Assembly (NCBI GenBank): GCA_963793305.1
Contig: CAWBZV010000002.1
Location: 768,001 to 832,000 of the forward strand
DNA length: 64,000 nucleotides
Direction of reading: 5' to 3'
From: an uncultured Gemmatimonadales bacterium
Lineage (GTDB): Bacteria > Gemmatimonadota > Gemmatimonadetes > Gemmatimonadales > Gemmatimonadaceae
The stretch's first letter is position 1, and each line of letters opens with the position of its first letter. A model generated the notes under the pieces. It searched no databases, was not told the DNA's origin, and saw nothing but the letters and a program-made list of their open reading frames with translations. Shown piece by piece: positions 50,700 through 60,119 of this stretch. The position numbers were made by a program, and so were the translations under genes.

Positions 50700-51674
50700 A
50701 TGAAACATTCGATCGCACTCGTCACCGGCACCACCTCCGGGCTCGGTTATGCGGCAGCCAGCATGCTCGCCGCCGAGGGCTGCCGCCAGGTCATCGTCAC
50801 CGGGCGCAGCCTGGCCCGGGTCCAGGAAACGGCCGCTCAGCTCGCGGCTGAGACCAAGACCCAGGTCTTCACGCCGCTGGAGCTGAATCTGAACGCACGG
50901 ACCAGCGTCCAGTCCGCCCTCGCCGAGCTGGTCAAGCGAGGTCGGCCGATCGATTTCCTACTGCTCAATGCAGGGATGGTCGGAGGTAAGAAGCGCGTGC
51001 TCACTGCGGCGGGTATCGAGGAGGATCAGGCCCCGCTCATCGGCCATCATCAACTGACTGTCGGGTTGCTCCGCGCCAACCTGTTGAGCCCCAACGCGCG
51101 GATTGTTATCGCCGGCTCGGAAGCTGCCCGAGGGGACGTCCCTATGTTCAGCTACACCGACGTGGCGGCCTTCGCGGCCAAACACCACCAGGGTGACCGA
51201 ACCGCTGCTGTTGAAGCCCTGGTGCGCAACGGGCCGAACGTGAAGTACGAGCCCAACCGGGCGTATACCGACGCGAAGCTCATTATCGCTTGGTGGGTCG
51301 CGGCGCTGGCGCGCCGGCTACCCTCCGGCATGGCCGTGTACGCTGTCTCGCCCGGTGCGGCGACCGACACCAAGGCGGTGCGAAACGCTGGCCCGGCGTT
51401 GAAGTATCTGTTTATCCCAATCGTGAACCTCATTCCCGGCATGAATCAGACGCCGGAGACCGCGGCCCGTCGGTACCTCCAGGCGTCGGAGTTCGGAACC
51501 GACGTCTCAGGCCAATTCTTCGCCTCGGCGCCGAAGAAGCTCACAGGCCCAATTGAGGCGATGCGCCACCCACACTTTCACGATCGCGCCAACCAGGAAG
51601 CCGCGTGGCAGGCCGTCGTTGAGGTCTCCGGCGTCGACTTGTCTTACCCAGCATCCTTGAGCGCGGTGTCCTGA
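50700..51674 (+). CDS. SDR oxidoreductase (retinol dehydrogenase/protochlorophyllide reductase-like)
   Basis: LVTGTTSGLG, LLLNAG, YTDAK, AVSPG. Confidence 0.88.
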   Translation: MKHSIALVTGTTSGLGYAAASMLAAEGCRQVIVTGRSLARVQETAAQLAAETKTQVFTPLELNLNARTSVQSALAELVKRGRPIDFLLLNAGMVGGKKRVLTAAGIEEDQAPLIGHHQLTVGLLRANLLSPNARIVIAGSEAARGDVPMFSYTDVAAFAAKHHQGDRTAAVEALVRNGPNVKYEPNRAYTDAKLIIAWWVAALARRLPSGMAVYAVSPGAATDTKAVRNAGPALKYLFIPIVNLIPGMNQTPETAARRYLQASEFGTDVSGQFFASAPKKLTGPIEAMRHPHFHDRANQEAAWQAVVEVSGVDLSYPASLSAVS

Positions 51675-52361
51675 AGGAGCGCCGGTCGCGGCGAAATGGT
51701 CGCGGTGACCAGAATAAGCATGCGATTGCGGAGCTACGTGGTCGTCCACGGTGTGACCGACCTGGGACCGCCGGTATTCTCTGCGTATGGCACGGCGAGC
51801 GGAAGACGTGCGTTGCTGTGCGTGCTGGTCTGAACCATGATGGCCGAGCATCCTCGGAAACGCCAGAGGCATTCCGAGTCGTGTTCGACAGTCTTCGCCT
51901 GATGCAGATTCGCTGACGCGGCGAGTTCATGTGCTCTCATGATGGGGCTCGCGTGCTGTAAGTGGCGATACGGAACCGCGAGAAGGCGACAGGATAGACG
52001 CTCGGTCCAACCGGTCTATCGAGTAGTCCGCACGCGCGGCGCATGAACGCCGAGGACATCGCGTCAGCACAAGGTCAGCGTCGGACTATCGGTCTCCAGA
52101 TATCCGATTATGCGCCGGCAAGGAGCTTGAGCAGTTGGATGACCGCTGGCATGTACGCCGACCGATAGTGGAAGCTGCGCTTATCCAGCTTGTCAACGAG
52201 GCGACACACCACTTTCTCGATCTTCACCCGAGCGTAATCGGTGACACCGGAGGGGCACAATCTCGCCCACCGCGCGATCGCCGGCGACGAGTCGCCTGCT
52301 CGCGACCCTAGATTGACCACTTCAGGCTTGCCTTCCGATCTCGCATGACGATCTTGCTTGC

Positions 52362-53114
52362 GTGAGACGCTGGATCTATTTGCCGGCCGGCGGCCGAATG
52401 GTCGCGGTTGCGTGGGGGCTCGGGCTGCTCATCTTTCCCATCCTGAGCGCACTGGCGGCGCCGCATATCGAGCGATTGGACCTCCCGGAGCATCCCGGAG
52501 GCGTCGTCCAGTCACTTGTCCTCCTGATGATCGGCCTCGTGGCCAATGGCGCGCTGTTCTTCATTCACATTAACGGCGCGTTCCTGACGTGGCGAACTGC
52601 CGCGCGGCCATTCCTGGTCACCCTGTTCATGCTGCAACTGTGGTGCGGCATCGTCGTTGGCATCTGGCTAATGTGGAACGGCACTGTTGCGCTCGCCGCG
52701 CTCAACGGCCGACCCATTGATGGTCCACTGACCGCCGCGTGCGCGGTCGCTGCGGTTGGCGCGCTCTTGGCGCTTCTCTTGGTATCCGAGTTCTGGAAAG
52801 ATCAGGATGACGATGTCGTCAAGGTGCGCGAAGCTCGGACGAAGGCGCTTGCACTCTATCCCGCCGTTTCGGCGGGAAAGAGCAGCGCCGAAGAGCGGGA
52901 CCGGTTTGTCCAGTTGCTGAAGACATTGAACGAAGAAGCCAAGGCGCTCGAGGCCAGGTTGACGGAGCCGGATCGAACGCTGGCTGGCAAGTGGCGTAAG
53001 GCGGCCAAGCGCTTGTACGACGCGGCATATGGGTATGAAGCGAGCAAGCCATTCACGGAGACGAGCGCAACGGTGGCCGAGGACGAACGACTATTGAAGC
53101 TCGACTACCCCTAG
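52362..53114 (+). CDS. Hypothetical protein, ~4 TM plus charged helical C-domain
   Basis: Four hydrophobic segments then a charged helical tail; first gene of GroEL-variant operon; start uncertain (GTG 52362 or ATG 52398). Confidence 0.7.
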   Translation: MRRWIYLPAGGRMVAVAWGLGLLIFPILSALAAPHIERLDLPEHPGGVVQSLVLLMIGLVANGALFFIHINGAFLTWRTAARPFLVTLFMLQLWCGIVVGIWLMWNGTVALAALNGRPIDGPLTAACAVAAVGALLALLLVSEFWKDQDDDVVKVREARTKALALYPAVSAGKSSAEERDRFVQLLKTLNEEAKALEARLTEPDRTLAGKWRKAAKRLYDAAYGYEASKPFTETSATVAEDERLLKLDYP

Positions 53115-53125
53115 CTGGATATCGC

Positions 53126-53704
53126 ATGCCTACGCCGGGACAGGAAATCGCACTCCTCGTAGCGGTGCTCGATGATGACAACCCCGCGATATGGGTGCCG
53201 TGGACGAAAGCATTCGACGTGGTCAAGAAGGAGGTTAGCGCCCAATCGCCGCGATACTCCGAGATCCAGCGCGAGGACGTGTTGCTCCGCATGCACCTGG
53301 AGCTCGACGATCCGAACAAGTTGATGGGGCTTCGGGCGGAGGACATGGTCCATCACGTCGGCGTGGTCGTCGATGGCATCAGCGTCGGGTCGAATAAGCA
53401 TCATGCCCAACAGATCACGGACCGATTGGCTCAGTTGTGCGCGCGACTGAAGACCTGCGCAGACGCGTTCTTCCGATCCACCGGGTTTTATCTCTTCGTT
53501 GCCGGTGTGGAGGAAGGTCACCGGGCGTTTGATAACTCTCAGAAGGCGTTTCGCGAGCAACTCGTCGATCGAGCGGGACAACGGCTCGGCATCGAGCCCA
53601 AGGGTTTATTCGCATTGGAGGTCCTCAATGAGGTGGACCTCGTGCACACCATACGGCACGCGACGGAGCTGGCCATGAGGAACTATTCCTTTAGGGCCCG
53701 CTAA
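53126..53704 (+). CDS. Hypothetical alpha/beta protein
   Basis: 11 nt after upstream stop; stop overlaps GroEL start (TAATG); alternating hydrophobic strands and helices. Confidence 0.72.
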   Translation: MPTPGQEIALLVAVLDDDNPAIWVPWTKAFDVVKKEVSAQSPRYSEIQREDVLLRMHLELDDPNKLMGLRAEDMVHHVGVVVDGISVGSNKHHAQQITDRLAQLCARLKTCADAFFRSTGFYLFVAGVEEGHRAFDNSQKAFREQLVDRAGQRLGIEPKGLFALEVLNEVDLVHTIRHATELAMRNYSFRAR

Positions 53705-55584
53705 TGGCGGCGAAAGAGATTCTTTTCAGCGGCGATGCCCGGGAGGCGCTCGTCGCGGGCGCCGAGCGTCTCGCGCAGGCGGTATCCGTGACGCTGGGGC
53801 CGAGAGGAGGCTCGGTTGTCATCCAGCAGGCAGGCGGGGCGCAGCCCTTGGTGTCGAGGGATGGCTACACGGTCGCCCGGAATATTACCCTGAATCGCGA
53901 ATCTGATACGGGGGCGGCCATGCTGCGCGACGTGGCGGAGCACACGGCCAAACAAGTCGGCAATGGAACATCGACCGCCATCGTGCTCGCGCGGGCGATC
54001 TATCGCGAGGGCATCAAGCGTGTGGCCGCCGGTATCGATCCCATGGCCCTCAAGCGTGGTATCGATCGTGCCATTGCCACGATCGTTGACCAGCTCAGAA
54101 AGGCGAGCGTGAAGGTCACCATCTATTCATCGGCGCAGGCCGCGCTGGCGGAAGTCGAGCACGAGACCGGCCGCACGACGCTCGCCAACGTCGCGCGGAC
54201 GTGCGTGGGCTCTGACGTTGCCGACCGGTTGCCGCCAGCGTGGTCGAATCACGACGTGCGCGCGCGCACATTCCTGCCGGTCGACTACTGGCGTCAGGGA
54301 CGCGCGGCCAGTCTGTCGGTCGATACGCTCGCGCAGATCGCCGACCGCGTCGATGATGAGGGACGGCGCCGGGCCGACGAAGCCCACTCGCGATATTCGA
54401 GGCTCTCCGATGTCGCCACGGTGGCCGCGAGTGGTGACGCGGGCGTGGGCGCGATCATCGCCCAGGCGTTCGCGGCGGTCGGGCGAGATGGGGTCATCAC
54501 TATCGTCGACGGACGGGGAGCCGATACCTCAGTGGAAATCGTTCCCGGCATGAGCTTCGACCGGGGCTATCTGTCGCCGTACTTCGTGACCGACACCGCG
54601 AAAGCGGAAGCGGTTCTCGAGGACAGTTACATTCTCCTCTACGACAAGAAAATCTCGTCGATGAAGGATCTGCTCCCGATCCTCGAGAAAATCGCGCAGG
54701 CCGGCAAGCCGCTGCTCATCATCGCCGAGGATGTCGAGGGTGAGGCGCTGGCGACGCTCGTCGTCAATACGATTCGCGGCATCCTGCGTGTGACCGCGGT
54801 CAAAGCGCCGGGGTTCGGCGATCGCCGCACGGCGATGCTGCAGGATATCGCAGTGCTCACGAACGGACGGGTCATCTCCGAGGAAGTCGGCCTCAAGCTC
54901 GAGAACGCGGCCTTGGACGATCTCGGCAAGGCCAAGCGTATCGTCGTCGGCACGGAGAGCACGACAATCATCGAAGATGGACACGAGCGCGGCGATCTCG
55001 TGTCCGGCCGCATCAAGGAGATCCGTTCGGCAATCGACAAGTCGACCTCCGATTACGACAAGGAGAAGCTCCAGGAGCGGCTGGCGAAGCTCGCCGGCGG
55101 CGTGGCGGTGATTAATGTCGGCGCCACGACCGAGTCGGAGATGAAGGAGAAGAAGGCCCGGGTCGAGGACGCGTTGCATGCAACGCGCGCCGCGGTCGAA
55201 GAGGGTATCGTTCCCGGTGGTGGCGTCGCGTTGATTCGCGTGCAGCCGATGCTCACCACGTTCCGGTCGGGCGATGCCGACGAGCAGGCAGGCGTCGAGA
55301 TCGTGCGTGACGCGATCGAGGAGCCCATCCGCGTCATTATGCGAAATGCGGGCGGTGAGGGCTCGATCGTCGTCCAGAAGGTGCGCGAGTCGGACGATGA
55401 CGCGTTCGGTTACAACGCCCTGACCGATACGTACGAGAACCTGATCAGGGCCGGTGTCGTCGATGCGACCAAGGTAACGCGGACGGCATTGCAGAACGCC
55501 GCGTCGCTGTCGGGGCTGCTGTTGACCACGAACGCGCTGGTGGTCGACCTGGCGTACCAGCCCGCCGATGTCGGAGCGACCTGA
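53704..55584 (+). CDS. groL: Divergent group I chaperonin (GroEL paralogue) with ~90-aa insertion and GNGTST in place of GDGTTT
   Basis: [72 protein letters not shown]. Confidence 0.92.
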   Translation: MAAKEILFSGDAREALVAGAERLAQAVSVTLGPRGGSVVIQQAGGAQPLVSRDGYTVARNITLNRESDTGAAMLRDVAEHTAKQVGNGTSTAIVLARAIYREGIKRVAAGIDPMALKRGIDRAIATIVDQLRKASVKVTIYSSAQAALAEVEHETGRTTLANVARTCVGSDVADRLPPAWSNHDVRARTFLPVDYWRQGRAASLSVDTLAQIADRVDDEGRRRADEAHSRYSRLSDVATVAASGDAGVGAIIAQAFAAVGRDGVITIVDGRGADTSVEIVPGMSFDRGYLSPYFVTDTAKAEAVLEDSYILLYDKKISSMKDLLPILEKIAQAGKPLLIIAEDVEGEALATLVVNTIRGILRVTAVKAPGFGDRRTAMLQDIAVLTNGRVISEEVGLKLENAALDDLGKAKRIVVGTESTTIIEDGHERGDLVSGRIKEIRSAIDKSTSDYDKEKLQERLAKLAGGVAVINVGATTESEMKEKKARVEDALHATRAAVEEGIVPGGGVALIRVQPMLTTFRSGDADEQAGVEIVRDAIEEPIRVIMRNAGGEGSIVVQKVRESDDDAFGYNALTDTYENLIRAGVVDATKVTRTALQNAASLSGLLLTTNALVVDLAYQPADVGAT

Positions 55585-55586
55585 CA

Positions 55587-57080
55587 ATGCGCTCCAAGAT
55601 ATTCCTACTGATGGTGGCGGTCATCGGGTGCGCTGGCGGCGGCACGGCCCCGAAGTCCCCCTCGATTGCGCTGTCCCTCGTCGGCAGCAATCAGACGGAC
55701 ACGGTCAACACGACGCTGCTGCAAGCGCTGGTGGCGCGTACGCTCCCCCACGAGCTCGTGCAGTTTCAGTCCCTGCCCGATAGCGGCAATCTGTATGGGG
55801 CATTCGTCGAGTCGCTCGCGATACCCGACGCGACGACCCTCATCGCCGACTCGACGGACGCCAACGGGCAAGCGGCTGTCGTCGTCTACCTCGGCCAGAT
55901 AGCCGGACGGGCGCGCATCATCGTCACCGTGCCCAAATATGGTATTGCCGATACGGCCACGTTCACTGTCCAAGCCGGACACCTGGTCGCCATCACGGGC
56001 ATCCCGGCCGATACCACGGTGTACTCCGGGGGTAAGTTTGTGCTGCAGGGCACTCCGGTCGATCGCTTCGGGAATCGACGGACGGATCCCATCTCGTTCC
56101 ACGTCTTGTCCGGTCCGGCCACGCTCTCGGCGGATACCGTGACGGCCACCGCGCTGGGGTTTGCGTACGTCGCGACGACGTCAGGGTCGGTGGCCGATAC
56201 GACATTCATCTCGGTCGTCCCCACCGGGCGCATCGCGGTGTCGCGCAGCCCGTACATTCACATTTTCAATCTCGATGGCACGGACTCGGTGTCCATCCTG
56301 CCGAACATTGGTGGGGTCGGCAACGTGCGTTGGGCTCCGGATGGGAAGTCGCTCGTGTACGATGGGATGTCCGGATGCTCGATCACGGCGATCGGCAACA
56401 ACGCGCCGATCGCCGTCGCGAATCTCAGTGGTGGCGCGGCCGCGCTCCAACTCCCGACATTCTATTACGCGTACTATCCGCAATACGCGCGCGACGGCTC
56501 ACGCATCTACTTCACGATGCTCAATCCCAACGGCCAATTCTGGGAAGGCGATCCCAAGACGCTCGCCATCGATTCGCTCGGTCTCGCGCCGGACCAGGAC
56601 TACGCACCTTCGCCCTCGCCCGACGGATCACAGCTCGCGTATTTCCACGCGACATTGAACGTTACGGGCGTCCTCCGCGTCCTCACCCTGAGCACCAGTG
56701 CGGTGACCGATCTGGGTGTCCCCGCCAATCAACCCGTGTGGTCGCCCGTGTCGAATCAGATCGCGTACGTGGCGGCGGGCACCTGCCAAGGCCAAATCCA
56801 TATCATCAATTCCGACGGCTCCGGCGATCGCCGGCTCTCGCCGAACACGTACAACAGCGGCTTCGACTGGTCGCCCGACGGCGCGTGGATCGTCGCGCTC
56901 AATTCGGTGACGGGAAAGATCGACGTGATAAACGTCGCCTCGGGGCAGGCCCTGCCGCTGACGTTCACGTCGGGATTCAGCTCGCCGGCTTGGTTACCGA
57001 CTACTCCAGCCCCGAGACAAGATACAGCTCCGAAAGAAACCGGGCATAGCCGTACACGTACGATCGGCCATCGGCGCTGA
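55587..57080 (+). CDS. Lipoprotein with Ig-like domains and TolB/PD40 beta-propeller
   Basis: Lipobox VIG-C; TDANGQA Big-1-like motif; WAPDG, PSPDG, WSPV, WSPDG blades. Confidence 0.82.
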   Translation: MRSKIFLLMVAVIGCAGGGTAPKSPSIALSLVGSNQTDTVNTTLLQALVARTLPHELVQFQSLPDSGNLYGAFVESLAIPDATTLIADSTDANGQAAVVVYLGQIAGRARIIVTVPKYGIADTATFTVQAGHLVAITGIPADTTVYSGGKFVLQGTPVDRFGNRRTDPISFHVLSGPATLSADTVTATALGFAYVATTSGSVADTTFISVVPTGRIAVSRSPYIHIFNLDGTDSVSILPNIGGVGNVRWAPDGKSLVYDGMSGCSITAIGNNAPIAVANLSGGAAALQLPTFYYAYYPQYARDGSRIYFTMLNPNGQFWEGDPKTLAIDSLGLAPDQDYAPSPSPDGSQLAYFHATLNVTGVLRVLTLSTSAVTDLGVPANQPVWSPVSNQIAYVAAGTCQGQIHIINSDGSGDRRLSPNTYNSGFDWSPDGAWIVALNSVTGKIDVINVASGQALPLTFTSGFSSPAWLPTTPAPRQDTAPKETGHSRTRTIGHRR

Positions 57081-58999
57081 ACAAAATATGCGAGATGGGC
57101 CCGAGACCGGTCATGTCGGTCGGGCTCACCGCGCGGAACGGTTCGCGTTGCCCCGTGAGCACGTTGACACGGTACACCATGACCGGTGCTTGCTTCGCCT
57201 GATACGCGTAGATGAAGCGTGGGTCGGCGGTCCACTCGATTGTCTCGCCGGGCAGGAGACCGGGGATCGCGCGTGGCGCACTGCCGTCGAGTGGGTAGAT
57301 CGAGCCTGCGCCCGCAATGGATTTGCCGTCGGGCGATGGCTCGCACGATGACACGCCGTCCGGCGTCACGGGACGCGGCGCGCCGGCGTCGATGCTTTGA
57401 ATGAAGCAGCGGATCGCATGTCCAGGCTGAGTGGCGGGGAAGACGATCTGCTTGCCGTCAGGAAGCCAGTGGGCGCCGTGCCAATATTGTTGGACGTCGC
57501 CGCGCGGGAGGCGCTTGGCGGCGCCAGCGCCGGTGGGCAGCACCATGAGTTGAGTCGATGCGACGACCGTGGTCGCCCATTTCCCATCGGGTGAGAGGTC
57601 GCCAGCCAGCCCGTCTCCCAGTGGAATCGGGGACGCGGCGCGAAGGTCGCGCATGCCGACAATGTAGTTCGGCCCACTTTGCTCGCTCTGTTCGCTGAAC
57701 AAGACGGTGTTGCCGTCGGCGGAGAGACCGACGGGGAGCGACCAGTCGAGCCACGAGAACGTCGCGTTCGCTGGTCGCGCCAGGCGCCAGGGCCAGCATC
57801 CCCACGCGACAGTCATCGCGCGTGAGCAAGACGCGGCCGTCGGCGGCAACGTCCTGCAAGGTCACGCCACCAGGTGCGCGGTAGAGGAGACGCAGGTGGC
57901 CACGAAGGTCGACCGCGTAGAGATGGCGTTCGACACCGGACTCCGTGGCGGTGAACCACACGTTGGATCCGTCCGGAGACCACGCGAGCCCCTGGGCGCT
58001 TCCCCAGCCGCGAGAGAGGACGGTTCGATGCCCCGAGAGATCGACGACGGCGACGACGCCGTGATCGTCCGGCGCGGCCTCGTGGTCGAGGAAGGCGATC
58101 CGGTCGCCTCTCGGTGATACGCGCGGATGGCTGATCCAGCCCAACGTCTCGTACAGCGCGTGGCCGACGGGGAACTCGAGGCGCTGTTTGCCGGCGACGC
58201 TGTGAACGATCGCCAGCGTCTTCGCGTCAGGCGCATAGTCGGCCCATTCGACATCCTCGGCGATCTGTCGAGGCGACCCGCCGCCCAGCGACACTTGGCC
58301 GAGGGTGCCGCGGAGCGTCAACAAGAAGCGGGGGGCGGCTGATTGGAGGACAGCGACCGCACCGGAGGGGGCCACGGCGAGTAGGTCCGTGCCGTGCAAC
58401 CCCAAGCTGCGAGCGCCCGGGATCTTGGTGTCGGTCGAGTAGATCTCGATCGGACCGCCATCCCAGGCCGCGGAGTAGAGCACGTTGCGGCCGTCCGGGG
58501 CGAAGCGGGCCGAGTAGATCGTGCCGCGCTGGACAGTCAGGCGCTGGAAGTTTGGCGGCTCTTTCCGGGTCGCTCGGTATCCCAAGAATGCGCCGAGTCC
58601 GAGACAGCATGCGGCGACCGCTACTAAGACCGGGATCCGATTCGGGATCGGGGATCTGGAAGGCGGCGCCGTCGGGCTGTCGAGTTTCGCGACAAATCGG
58701 TAGCCCCGGCGCGGCACCGTCTCGATGTAGGACGGATTCTCGGCCGAGTCGCCAAGGGCCGACCGCAGCTTACCGACCGCGACGTTCACGGCGTGGTCGA
58801 AGTCGCCGAAGCTCTCGCGCGGCCAGATCCGGGTCTGAAGCTCCTCGCGCGTGACCAGGTCGCCAGGGCGCTCCAACAGGACCTGGAGGACCTTGAACGG
58901 CTGATCCTGGAGCTTGATGCGCTCGCCGGCTTTCCGGACCTCTCCGGCGTGGAGATCGGCCTCGAATGGGCCGAATCGGATGCTCCCGTTCTGTGTCAT
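57001..58999 (-). CDS. Membrane-anchored CadC-like winged-helix protein with TolB-like propeller, +1 frameshift near 57760
   Basis: FGPFEADL, LQDQPFKVL, VTREEL, YIETVPRRGYRF; TM; PD40 blades; frames 57458..58999 and 57001..57849 join as ERDVSWLDW. Confidence 0.85.
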
Positions 59000-59114
59000 C
59001 CCTTGGCAAATCTACAGGAGATCTCCCTCTCCCGCGGGTCTACACAGCGGCTAGGTCCCGTGAATTGAGACCGCGGGCTCTCCGAGGCAAAGGTAAGAAA
59101 AAAAGGAGAAACCT

Positions 59115-60119
59115 GTGTTGAGATGGCTTCTGCTCACCCTGTTGGTTTTGCCCGTACGCGACGGGCAGCACGATTTCGACTTCGGCGACGGCACCTGGCA
59201 TTCACAGATTCGGCGGTTGCAGCATCCGCTGACGGGCTCCACCAAATGGCTGGACTACGATGGCAAGGTGGCCTCTCGCAAAGTGTGGGGCGGAAAGGCC
59301 CATCTGGAGGAGCTCGAGGTCGACGGTCCGACCGGGCACCTCGAAGGGCTGACCCTGCGCTTGTACGACCCAAAGGCCCACCAGTGGAGCCTGAGTTTCG
59401 CCAATAGCGCCGATGGCACGATCGGAGCGCCGCTGATCGGCGCGTTTCAGGATGGTCAAGGGGAGTTCATCGACCAGGAGTCGTTCGACGATCGGGCGAT
59501 CCTGGTGCGGCACCGGTTCTTCGAGATCACGCCAGGCTCGCACCACTTCGAGCAGGCGTTCTCGCTCGATCGTGGGAAGACGTGGGAGCCGAACTGGATC
59601 GCGACGCTGACGCCGATGAGCGGCCCGATCTCGACCGACACCGCGCACCAGCACGATTTCGATTTCAACATCGGGACGTGGAAGACCCACATCAAGCGCC
59701 TCATGCACCCGCTGACCGGTTCCACGACGTGGGCCGAGTATGGAGGAACCCATACTGTGCACACAGTCTGGAATGGGCGAGCGAACATCGGCGAAATGGA
59801 AGTCGATGGCCCGAATGGGCATATCGAGGGGCTGCAACTGCGGCTTTACAACCCGCAGTCGCACCAGTGGAGTCTGGCCTTCGCCAGCAGCGGCGAGGGC
59901 AAATTGGGCCAGCCGGCGATCGGAGAATTCGCCAATGGCCGCGGGGAGTTTTACAGCCAGGACACCTTCAATGGCCGCGCCATCTTGGTTCGGAGCGTGT
60001 ATTCCGACATCACCCCCACATCGTGTCGCACCGAGCAGGCGTTCTCCGTTGACGGAGGGAAGACCTGGGAGGTGAACTGGATGTCCGCCGATACGCTGGT
60101 ACAAGCCGATGCGCGGTAA
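59115..60119 (+). CDS. Tandem-duplicated DUF1579-like protein
   Basis: Two copies of QHDFDF..GTW...I.RL.HPLTGST.W ... EQAFS.D.GKTWE.NW. Confidence 0.8.
   Translation: MLRWLLLTLLVLPVRDGQHDFDFGDGTWHSQIRRLQHPLTGSTKWLDYDGKVASRKVWGGKAHLEELEVDGPTGHLEGLTLRLYDPKAHQWSLSFANSADGTIGAPLIGAFQDGQGEFIDQESFDDRAILVRHRFFEITPGSHHFEQAFSLDRGKTWEPNWIATLTPMSGPISTDTAHQHDFDFNIGTWKTHIKRLMHPLTGSTTWAEYGGTHTVHTVWNGRANIGEMEVDGPNGHIEGLQLRLYNPQSHQWSLAFASSGEGKLGQPAIGEFANGRGEFYSQDTFNGRAILVRSVYSDITPTSCRTEQAFSVDGGKTWEVNWMSADTLVQADAR

Noticed and set aside
23640..52360. Prophage or integrative element
   Set aside because: No integrase, transposase, relaxase or phage structural genes recognised.
54121..54393. Intein in GroEL
   Set aside because: Too short and lacks the Cys/Ser start with His-Asn end and LAGLIDADG motifs.
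54529..55587. 352-aa minus-strand ORF
   Set aside because: Antisense frame of the groL paralogue; no independent motifs.
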